From contig NIVC01000534.1 in the NCBI GenBank assembly GCA_002269645.1, positions 1 to 29,518 on the forward strand: a stretch of DNA of 29,518 nt. The letters are read 5' to 3'. The stretch is from Macrostomum lignano. Taxonomy: Eukaryota. Positions 9,510-18,477 of this stretch are shown piece by piece (the first letter of the stretch is position 1; every line of letters begins with the position of its first letter). The translations under genes and the position numbers were made by a program. Under the pieces are notes generated by a model, which saw nothing but the letters and a program-made list of their open reading frames with translations, did not search any database and had not been told where the DNA came from.

Positions 9510-10285
9510 TGTATGAACAATAGTGTATGAGCAGTAGTGTGTGAGCAGTAGTGTATTAGCGATAGCGTATGAGCAGTAGTGTATGAGTAGTAGTGTATGA
9601 GCAGGAGTGTATGAGCGATAGATGTATGAGCAGGAGTGTATGAGTGATAGGTTTATGAGCAGGAGTGTATGAGCAGTAGTGTATTAGCGATAGCGTATGA
9701 GCAGTAGTGTATGAGTAGTAGTGTATGAGCTGGAGTGTATGAGCGATAGATGTATGAGCAGGATGGTGTATGAGCAGTAGTGCATAAGGAGGACTGTATT
9801 TACAGTAGTGTATGAGCGATAGATGTATGAGCAGGATTTTTTTTATTAGAGGCAGGGGGTTGTGTGCACCCTGGCGCACTTTAAGCGACATAGGCACACA
9901 ACCGGCGAGAGGCATTGCTGCCCATTCCGCCGACTCCCCTGAGCAGGCATACAAGCGCGCGTACGCAGGCACACACTCACACAGGAGTGTACAGCGGCCC
10001 TAACTTTATATTATCGTTAGGCATGTACACTTCACTGCGCCTTGGGGGGTTGGCTCTCAAGGCCGTTAATTACACGAGCAGAGCCAAGCCGAGATTCCAA
10101 TTCAGCCCCAAATTAATGTGACTGCACTTGGAATCGAGCCTGGGTCGCTGGCACACCAGAGCAGCTGCGCTACCGCTGGGCTACGGCCCCCCTGTATGAG
10201 CAGGATGGTGTATGAGCAGTAGTGCATAAGGAAGACAGTGTATGATCAGTAGTGTATGAGCGATAGGTGTTTGAGCAGGAGCTTA
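9510..10285. repeat. Degenerate ~14-bp minisatellite (tagtgtatgagcag), USP8 intron 6, split by the SINE at 9837-10192
   Basis: Direct reading on both sides of the insertion. Confidence 0.88.
9837..10192 (-). mobile_element. Full-length tRNA-derived SINE (about 355 bp) in USP8 intron 6
   Basis: On the minus strand the head is GGGGCCGTAGCCCAGCGGTAG, with A box TAGCCCAGCGG (10173-10183) and B box GGCTCGATTCC (10130-10140). The tail is TCTAATAAAAAAAA (9837-9850). Direct repeat tgtatgagcagga(t) at 9824-9836 and 10193-10205. Confidence 0.82.
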
Positions 10286-10350
10286 TAAGCAAAATTTTGT
10301 GATAGTTAAATAGTATCCTAGCAATGCATTCGCCTAATTCCCTTCCGCAG

Positions 10351-10711
10351 AACATTCCGCGAACACGTGAACAAATCCAATCCTCTGGGTCACCAAGGCG
10401 ACGTAGCAGAACAGTTCTCTGTTGTGGTCCAGGCTCTGTGGGCCGGGCGCTACGCCTGCGTCAGCCCGTACGACTTCAAGCACACAATCGGCCGGCACGC
10501 CGAGGCCTTCGCCGGCAACGAGCAGCAGGATTCCCAGGAGTTTCTGCTGTTCCTCCTTGACGGCCTGCACGAGGATTTGAATCGGGCGCGTAGGCGGCGG
10601 CCTCCGCCGGAGCTGGAAGACAAGGAGAGCCTGCCAGATGTTGAGCGAGCGAAGCGGGCCTGGGCCAGGCACTGCCTTATCAACGAGAGCATTATGGTGG
10701 AGCTGTTTCAG
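10351..10711 (+). CDS. USP8: USP8 exon 7 (USP catalytic domain, QQDSQEFL box)
   Basis: Acceptor ttccgcAG at 10349-10350. Reads GTFREHVNKSNPLGHQGDVAEQF...GNEQQDSQEFLLFLLDGLHEDLN...ESIMVELFQ. Donor cag|GTTAGT at 10712. Confidence 0.96.
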
Positions 10712-10780
10712 GTTAGTGCGGGAGTGTGCTCATCTGCGAGGGTCAATTTGGCAAGGGTTGGGTTAGGCTTTTATCAGTGA

Positions 10781-10954
10781 TTTGGGTCAGTGCATTGGGG
10801 ATTGGGTCAGTGCATTGGGGATTGGGTCAGTGCATTTGAGATTGGGTCAGTGCATTGGGGATTGGGTCAGTGTATTGGGGATTGGGTCAGTGCATTTGAG
10901 ATTGGGTCAGTGCATTGGGGATTGGGTCAGTGCATTGGGGATTGGGTCAGTGCA
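10781..10954. repeat. 20-bp minisatellite (attgggtcagtgcattgggg), USP8 intron 7
   Basis: Period 20, about 8-9 copies, ending just before the CACTAAC branch point. Confidence 0.95.
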
Positions 10955-10991
10955 CTTCACTAACATGTTCAGCATTATTCAACATTCGCAG

Positions 10992-11105
10992 GGCCAGTTC
11001 AAGTCAACTCTGGTATGCGAGCAGTGCCACTACAAGTCAATCACATTTGACGCGTTTATGTACCTCAGCCTGCCTGTGGTCAGCGATACTTCTTGCCGAC
11101 TATCC
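10992..11105 (+). CDS. USP8: USP8 exon 8 (fingers subdomain, first CxxC)
   Basis: Branch point CACTAAC at 10958-10964 and acceptor cgcAG at 10990-10991. Reads GQFKSTLVCEQCHYKSITFDAFMYLSLP. Donor tcc|GTAAGA at 11106. Confidence 0.95.
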
Positions 11106-11375
11106 GTAAGACCTGCTGCTGGGCCGCGTTGATTCAGGCCTCTAATTATAAAAGATAGGGGCTCATGTTGAGTAAAAGTAAATTGCAAGCCTGCAAATCA
11201 AATAGTTAAAGGGTAGGGGAAGGCACAGTAGCCCCGGGTTCGATTCCCAGCGCGGCTACATTAAAATCGCAACCATTCAGTTATTGCTCCCCCGTCTGCC
11301 AGCTAACTAAACAATCTAAATAATCCTATTCTACTTATAGTAGAGATGCCCGCCCTTCATACACAAAATCTGCAG

Positions 11376-11852
11376 GACTGTCTCCAGGCCTTCCTAAAGC
11401 CGGAGCGTCTGTCAGGCAGCAGCCGCTGGTTCTGCCCCCGCTGCCGTCGCGATCAGAGCGCCGTGAAGAAGATCGACATCTGGCGCCTGCCGCCCTATCT
11501 GCTAATCCATTTCAAGCGGTTCAGCTGCGATCGGTTGAGCAGTCGCGGCAGAAAGCTCAACACCTTGGTTGACTATCCCATCAGCAACTTGGACATGTCA
11601 GCCTATCACAGCTCCGAGGCCAGGCCAAAGCACTCTCTGGTTTACAATCTGTACGGAGTGTCCAACCACTTCGGCAGCATGGAGTGCGGCCACTACACTG
11701 CGTTCTGTCGCAACTCGAATTTGAATCGCTGGTTTAAATTCGATGACGAAACGGTTACGGAGATGCGCAGCGGCGAGATTCGTTCGGTGTCTAATTATAT
11801 TCTGTTCTACAGCAGGCTGGCAAATACTTTTCAAGTGTCTTCATCGCTGTGA
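11376..11852 (+). CDS. USP8: USP8 exon 9 (second CxxC, His box, catalytic Asp, stop)
   Basis: Acceptor ctgcAG at 11374-11375. Reads DCLQAFLKPERL..WFCPRC..KIDIWRLPPYLLIHFKRF..YNLYGVSNHFGSMECGHYTAFC..WFKFDD..YILFY. TGA at 11850-11852. The nine exons plus two restored bases total 3120 nt, an exact multiple of 3. Confidence 0.96.
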   Translation, partial: DCLQAFLKPERLSGSSRWFCPRCRRDQSAVKKIDIWRLPPYLLIHFKRFSCDRLSSRGRKLNTLVDYPISNLDMSAYHSSEARPKHSLVYNLYGVSNHFGSMECGHYTAFCRNSNLNRWFKFDDETVTEMRSGEIRSVSNYILFYSRLANTFQVSSSL

Positions 11853-11857
11853 GAGCA

Positions 11858-12610
11858 GTCTGACTGCTCAGGGATAGTGACAGGTGTGACTGACTGCCTT
11901 GGGATAGTGACAGGTGTGACTGAATGTCCTAGGATAGTTACAGGTGTGACAACTGTCTAAGAATGGTGACAGGTGTGATCAACTGTCTAAGAATGGTGAC
12001 AGGTGTGATCAACTGTCTAAGAATGGTGACAGGTGTGATCAACTGTCTAAGAATGGTGACAGGTGTGATCAACTGTCTAAGAATGGTGACAGGTGTGACC
12101 AAATGTCTAAGAATGGTGACAGGTGTGACCAAATGTCTAAGAATGGTGACAGGTGTGATCAACTGTCTAAGAATTTTGACAGGTGTGACCAAATGTCTAA
12201 GAATGGTGACAGGTGTGATCAACTGTCTAAGAATGGTGACAGGTGTGATCAACTGTCTAAGAATGGTGACAGGTGTGACCAAATGTCTAAGAATGGTGAC
12301 AGGTGTGACCAAATGTCTAAGAATGGTGACAGGTGTGACCAAATGTCTAAGAATGGTGACAGGTGTGATCAACTGTCTAAGAATGGTGACAGGTGTGATC
12401 AACTGTCTAAGAATGGTGACAGGTGTGACCAAATGTCTAAGAATGGTGACAGGTGTGATCAACTGTCTAAGAATGGTGACAGGTGTGACCAAATGTCTAA
12501 GAATGGTGACAGGTGTGATCAACTGTCTAAGAATGGTGACAGGTGTGACCAAATGTCTTAGAATGGTGACAGGTGTGACCAAATGTCTAAGAATGGTGAC
12601 AGGTGTGACT
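11858..12610. repeat. 30-bp minisatellite immediately after the USP8 stop codon
   Basis: Unit gaatggtgacaggtgtga(tcaac/ccaaa)tgtctaa, about 25 copies with two alternating variants. Confidence 0.97.
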
Positions 12611-13162
12611 GAGTCGTCTCCTGGCTAATATCCTTGGTAGTTAATTGGAAAAAGCTAAAAGGCTAAAAGAGCTGTACTATACGACATTGTCATTCTCGCA
12701 GAGAAATATTCTTGAATCATCATCTGTTTAACGCAAATAAGTTGAGTTGATTCTGACACTTTCGATTTCATAATTGATTTGCCACCCATTTGATGCTTTC
12801 TTTGTAGATTTCGATTTTTATTTGAAAACATTAAATATATATATATTCCGGTTTCAAAGTTGAAATACTAAGTTTGTGTATTCAAACAATTCTATGTGTT
12901 CTATGCCATCTCGTACAACAGGTAATCTTTCTATATTAGTTAATCAGTATGCTAGTTTTGCATATCTGCGTACTATCAAAATACATGCGGCAATTTTTAT
13001 TTTCATTCAATATTTACTACTCACTACAGTAAGTAGATCAGCAATTAACGTGTCCTGAATCAATGAAAATTTCTGAATTACCAATTCTCGCGCTGTCCCA
13101 GTTTCACCTCAAGATTCATTTTTAATAAGAATAGTGACAGATGTTATTCATTTGCTTCATTT

Positions 13163-13953
13163 CATCAATCCCACCCGTCACTCCATCAATCCTACCCGTC
13201 ACTCCATCAATCCCACCCAGCACTCCATCAATCCCACCCGGCACTCCATCAATCCCACCCGTCACTCCATCAATCCCACCCGTCACTCCATCAATCCCAC
13301 CCGGCACTCCATCAATCCCACCCGTCACTCCATCAATCCCACCCGTCACTCCATCAATCCCACCCGGCACTCCATCAATCCCACCCGTCACTCCATCAAT
13401 CCCACCCGTCACTCCATCAATCCCACCCGGCACTCCATCAATCCCACCCGGCACTCCATCAATCCCACCCGGCACTCCATCAATCCCACCCGGCACTCCA
13501 TCAATCCCACCCGTCACTCCATCAATCCCACCCGGCACTCCATAAAACCCACCCGGCACTCCATCAATCCCACCCGGCACTCTGTCAATACCGAGCGTCA
13601 CTCGAATCCCAATCGTCACTTAAATCCAACCCGACACTGAAATCCCACCCTTCACTCTAATCCCACTCGTCACTCAAATCCAACCCGACACTGAAATCCC
13701 ACCCTTCACTCAAATCCCACCCTTCACTCAAATCCCATCCGTCACTCAAATCCCACCCGTCACTCAAATCCCACCCGTCACTCAAATCCCACCCGTCACT
13801 CAAATCCCACCCCTCACTCAAATCCCACCCTTCACTCAAATCCCATCCGTCACTCAAATCCCACCCTCACTCAAATCCCACCCTTCACTCAAATCCCACC
13901 CTTCACTCAAATCCCACCCGTCACTTAAATCCCACCCTTCACTCAAATCCCAC
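13163..13953. repeat. Compound C/A-rich minisatellite upstream of cyclin Y: 21-bp unit (13163-13582) grading into a related 18-bp unit (about 13600-13953)
   Basis: Units cactccatcaatcccacccg(t/g) and cactcaaatcccacccgt, seen as 7-aa and 6-aa periods in the ORF track. Confidence 0.95.
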
Positions 13954-14148
13954 TCTCGGGATCTCGCTCGGGACTCTCGAGGTATCTCGCTAGTTGACTC
14001 GACAATCATAATTCATTCGGCATTTCCAGCGCAGCCACCGAAGCCGCCGCCGCTGCCCCAGCCGCCAGGTCAGGCGCCGCCGTGATCCCGGCGCGCTCCT
14101 CCTCGTGTCACCCTTGACAACCGCGACCCAGCCGTTCCCCATTTCACA

Positions 14149-14875
14149 ATGGGCAACAGCCTGTCCTGCTGTCAGCTGCGGTCGGGACGGCGCCATTCCC
14201 CGGAATCCGCGGCTCCGTGCGATCGCTATCTTCATCCCCAGATTCCGCTGCATCAGCAGCAGTTGCAGCACCATCAGCAGCTGCATTACCTGCGCCAGCA
14301 TCAGCAGCAGCATCAGCTTCATCAGCAGCATTATCACCAGCAGCAGCAGCAAGTTTTATTTGGCAACGGTAAATGGCCGCCTACTGGCGGACCCTACGAC
14401 TCAAGCAACAGCCTGATGATGACAATGCAGCCTCCCAATCTGATGCCGCCTCCCGGCCAGCAGTCCTCGGCAGCCCCGGGCGTCGCCATTGAGCACATCA
14501 ACGATCGCGAGCCGGCCGAGGACAACTGCGATCCCAGCACCAACGCCGCGGTCAGGCCGCTGTTTCTGCGCGGCCTTCGCCAGTTGTGCGCCGCCCGACG
14601 TTCGGGAACTTCAGCAGACGCCCCGCGTCTTCTCGGGCGTCCAGTTCAACCTCGCATCTGGTGACAGACGATTCAACTCTGTGGCAGCCGGCTCTGAAGC
14701 CCGCAGTGCGCGGCCTCGCTCTGGCCGTGTTCTTCCACGTCAGGCACAGACGGACCGCCAGGCCGCAGCGAGGGCGCTATTTGGAGATCTTCGACGAGGT
14801 CTTGCACCCGCTGCAGGCTGGCCCGGAAGCTGCTGAGGCGGCTGCCAGAGAGCCGGACCATCGGGCTGTGTACAG
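14149..14875 (+). CDS. CCNY: Cyclin Y exon 1, with one apparent frameshift between about 14570 and 14650
   Basis: MGNSLSCC resembles human MGNTTSCC. IEHINDRE..DPS..PLFL is in one frame, and RASSSTSHLVTDDSTLWQP..LALAVFFHVRHR..LEIFDEVLHPL..EPDHRAVYR is in another. Donor ag|GTGGGT at 14876. Confidence 0.9.
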
Positions 14876-14879
14876 GTGG

Positions 14880-15158
14880 GTGTTCCAGAGTGACTAGTTG
14901 TGTTTCAGAGTGACTAGTTGTGTTCCAGAGTGACTAGTTGTGTTCCAGAGTGACTAGTTGTGTTCCAGAGTGACTAGTTGTGTTCCAGAGTGACTAGTTG
15001 TGTTCCAGAGTGACTAGTTGTGCTCCAGAGTGACTAGTTGTTCAGAGTGACTAGTTGTGCTCCAGAGTGACTAGTTGTGTTCCAGAGTGACTAGTTGTGT
15101 TCCAGAGTGACTAGTTGTGTTCCAGAGTGACTACTTGTGCTCCACAATGACTAGTTGT
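14880..15158. repeat. 20-bp minisatellite (tgttccagagtgactagttg), cyclin Y intron 1
   Basis: Period 20, about 14 copies, starting inside the donor site. SpeI site in each unit. Confidence 0.96.
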
Positions 15159-15211
15159 AATCAATGAGTTTTAATTGTTTCAACCGCCCCCTTCATCCCT
15201 CGCGGATGCAG

Positions 15212-15511
15212 ATTCGTGCGCACTCTGTTCTGCGCCGCCCAGCTCACTGCCGAATGCGCGGTGGTCTCCCTGGTGTACCTGGAGCGCCTGTTGGCTGCAG
15301 CGGAGATCGACCTGTACCCCGGCAACTGGCGCCGCTGTCTGCTGGGCTCCGTGTTGCTGGCAAGCAAAGTGTGGGACGATCAGGCAGTGTGGAACGTTGA
15401 TTACTGCCAGATACTCAAGGACGCCAAAGTGGAGGATATGAACGAACTGGAACGGAAATACCTGGAGCTGATACAGTTCAATATCAATGTGCCCGCGCCT
15501 GTCTATGCAAG
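15212..15511 (+). CDS. CCNY: Cyclin Y exon 2 (cyclin box)
   Basis: Acceptor atgcAG at 15210-15211. Reads [72 protein letters not shown], nearly identical to the cyclin Y box as recalled. Donor ag|GTTGGG at 15512. Confidence 0.97.
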
Positions 15512-15574
15512 GTTGGGTCATTGTTTTGCGTTTGTGATTTTCCTGCCTAAGAATGAGCCTCTAGAAATCTGACC

Positions 15575-16030
15575 CTATGAGTCTACCCTACCGAGGAATC
15601 TGTCCTACCAAAGAATCTGTCCTACCAAAGAATCTGTCCTACCGAGGAATCTGTCCTACCGAGGAATCTACCCTACCGAGGAATCTACCCTACCGAAGAA
15701 TCAACCCTACCAAAGAATCTACCCTACCAAAGAATCTACCCTACCGAAGAATCTACCCTATCAAAGAATCTACCCTACCAAAGAATCTACCCTATCAAAG
15801 AATCTACCCTACCGAAGAATCTACCCTACCGAAGAATCTACCCTAACTAATCTATCTACCCTAAAGAGGATATACCCTACCCTAGGAAATTACCCTACCC
15901 TAGGAATCTACCCTACCCTAGGAATCTACCCCACCCTAGGAATCTACCCTACCCTAGGAATCTACCCTACTAAGAAGTCTACCTATACAATTCTAACCTG
16001 TCTACCCCAGAAATCTGTGTAGGAATCTGC
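15575..16030. repeat. Degenerate 17-bp minisatellite (gaatctaccctaccgaa), cyclin Y intron 2
   Basis: Period 17 measured from 15601 to 15618. Confidence 0.9.
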
Positions 16031-16055
16031 CTATCATCTCACTACTCCCCAACAG

Positions 16056-16374
16056 ATACTACTTTGAACTGCGCAGTCTTGTAACTGCGCACGGCATGGG
16101 GCAGCCGGCCGGCCGCCTGACGCGCGATCGAGCCGCCTGCCTCGGCCTCGGCCGGGAATTCTCCGGCAGCTCGGCCGCCAGGCCGCAACAGGCTTCGGTC
16201 CAGCAGCAGCAGCAGCAGCAGCAGGTATCGGCTGTTGCTGTACCCGCGGCTGCTTCTAGTAGCAGCGGTGGAACAGCAAAGCCGGCTGCTTCAGTGATTC
16301 AGGCTGCTAGAGTAAGGCGGGCCGCGTCGTGTCAGCAGCTGCAGCAAGCGCCGGCGCCTTTCGTGCTGTCCTGA
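16056..16374 (+). CDS. CCNY: Cyclin Y exon 3 (C-terminus)
   Basis: Acceptor caacAG at 16054-16055. The phase-2 join gives RYYFELRSL (human KYYFDLRSL). Ends RRAASCQQL...FVLS, with TGA at 16372-16374. The total with one restored base is 1347 nt. Confidence 0.94.
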
Positions 16375-16614
16375 ATGTTTTAAAAAATCTTTTAATAGCG
16401 TTTAAATTCGGATTTTCATGTCGATGCTGTTTTATTTTGGACTGTACATATTGCACTACTATTAGTAGCTGGAACTATGGATATCTGCTGCTGCAGATTC
16501 TACTATGGAGCTTGTCGCGTACAGTAAGTATACTGGCTGAATCTAAAAAGAGTCAGGGCCGCTATATAGACTCTGGACCAGCGCGAGTGCCTGTCTGCGT
16601 TATTAACTGCCCAC

Positions 16615-16846
16615 TCTAACCCTAATCTAAACCCTTAACCTAACCCTAAATCTAATCTAAACCCTAAACCTAACCTAAACCTAACCTAAATCCTAAACCT
16701 AACCTAAACCCTTAACCCAAATTTAATCCTATACCTAACCTAAACCCTAACCTAAGCCTCAAACCTAACATAAACTATGAACTTAACCTAAAACCTTACC
16801 CTAACAACCTAAAGCCTAGCTCTAGCAACCTAAACCCTAAACTAAA
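16615..16846. repeat. Degenerate telomere-like (CCCTAA/CCCTAAA/CCTAA) interstitial tract
   Basis: Mixed aaccctaa, aacctaa and aaaccctaaa units with unique sequence on both sides. Confidence 0.75.
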
Positions 16847-17529
16847 TCATCGGGAGTGAATTGTACTCCCCCTGCGTACACACCTGTGTCCGTTGTCCGG
16901 GATCTGCTGATTGACCATTACTGCTAGCCTCGTCGATGGCTGCTGATCAGCGAACTGTCGAGTTGATTTGCTGCTTTGCTTTGTCCACAGCCCCCGTGCA
17001 AATAAGCTTAACTAGCTAAGTCTCTAGTCCTAGAAGTCCCTACTAAATGTGGAATTCATGCGAAGGATATTGAAGCTCCAGCCCCTGTTCTGTTTGGCAC
17101 TGTGATTTCTCTTTGCGGTTATATACTACTAAACTTATATCTTAACTGCTAGTCACTTCTTCTCTCATCACTGAAAGTAAATTTATTGCCTTTACCTGTC
17201 TGCTTTTGCGCGCGTAGTTTGTTCCCAACCCTGCTTCATACAATACCGCCTAGTGTACAGATTTTAGCGTACATTTTGTGTACTTTACTGTATTTAGTAA
17301 GCTAATAATATTGTGTCTTACAAATAGTTCTGCTATCTTATTGGCTTTTTATAAGTAGTACATGTAGTACGGTGTATCGACATATCTTAAAATTAAGTTA
17401 AATTTTAACTTATCGATTTTCTGTCAATGTTTTTTTATGTATGCAACGGGCGGTTAGCGTTTAGATTAGATTAAAGTTATTATTATTTTTTTAGAATCTC
17501 AATTTCTAGTGGCAGGCTCTACTCATCCT

Positions 17530-17965
17530 AATGACCTTGTATTTGAATTTTTCTCTTGACCTTAAAAATCTGTTTGTGACCTTGAGTAGCCTAGTTTTGG
17601 GGCCTTAAACTAAAGTCCTCAGGGCCTATAAAGGTCATATGACGTTGAAAAGCTTAATAACCTCAGTGGCGTGATCACCTTAAATAGCCTAATGACCTTA
17701 AATGACCTAGTGACCTTAAAAGGCCTCGCGACCTTTAATGACCCTTAACCTTAAATGCCCCCGAATTTTTATCAACCGTGACCTTAAATGACCTTTTATA
17801 ACCTATGACATTTGACCCCGTGACTAAATGGCCTCCTTGACCCCTTGACCTTTAATGGTCACATCACTTTTTTACCCCGTGACCTTAAATGACCTCATGA
17901 TTTTTTATGACCCATGACCTTAAATAACGGCCAAATACAAATGAAATGCGCAAGTCATGACCCCT
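17530..17965. repeat. Loose cluster of TGACC(T) motifs
   Basis: About 15-20 tgacct/tgaccc motifs, often as tgaccttaaatgacc, at irregular spacing. Confidence 0.65.
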
Positions 17966-18477
17966 GCCATTGTGCTTGTCATATTGCAGCTTGCCCTTCT
18001 GAAATTCGCGGTGCCTCTGTCCTAGTTATTGCGTCCTTATATTTAAATAGCTTCTGTTCATAAATGCTGCATATTCTTTGTTTTCTTGTAAACACACGTA
18101 TCTCTTATATAATACAGTTGTAATCTGTTTCTTAGCTTTGGCCTCCAAAAAATTTTTTTTCTATTTGGTTGGCTTTCTATATGCCTGCATTTTTTGCGCG
18201 TGCGTTTCTGGCCTTATGTTATTTGAATTATTAATTAATATTTAATATAACAATTTACTAAATTCATATTAACATACGCGCTAGATTCTGCTTATTTATC
18301 GCCTGAATACAACCGATTGTAGTTGCTATGGTATCGCCAGTTTGGGTCAATGGTCATCATGTTTGTGAGGCCCGTAAATTATCCACCAAGGCCTGGGATT
18401 TCACTTTTTGCTATTTTATTTACGGTTTCAATTAACGCACAATTTTAAAAATTGGCATCATACAACACTGCGACTGT

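Noticed and set aside
10120-10192. Functional tRNA genes at the A/B-box sites (also 22880-22950)
   Set aside because: I could not fold a proper cloverleaf with a paired acceptor stem, and both continue into SINE-like bodies. tRNAscan-SE would settle it.
16615-16846. True telomere or chromosome end
   Set aside because: The units are highly degenerate, the tract is short, and unique sequence continues on both sides.
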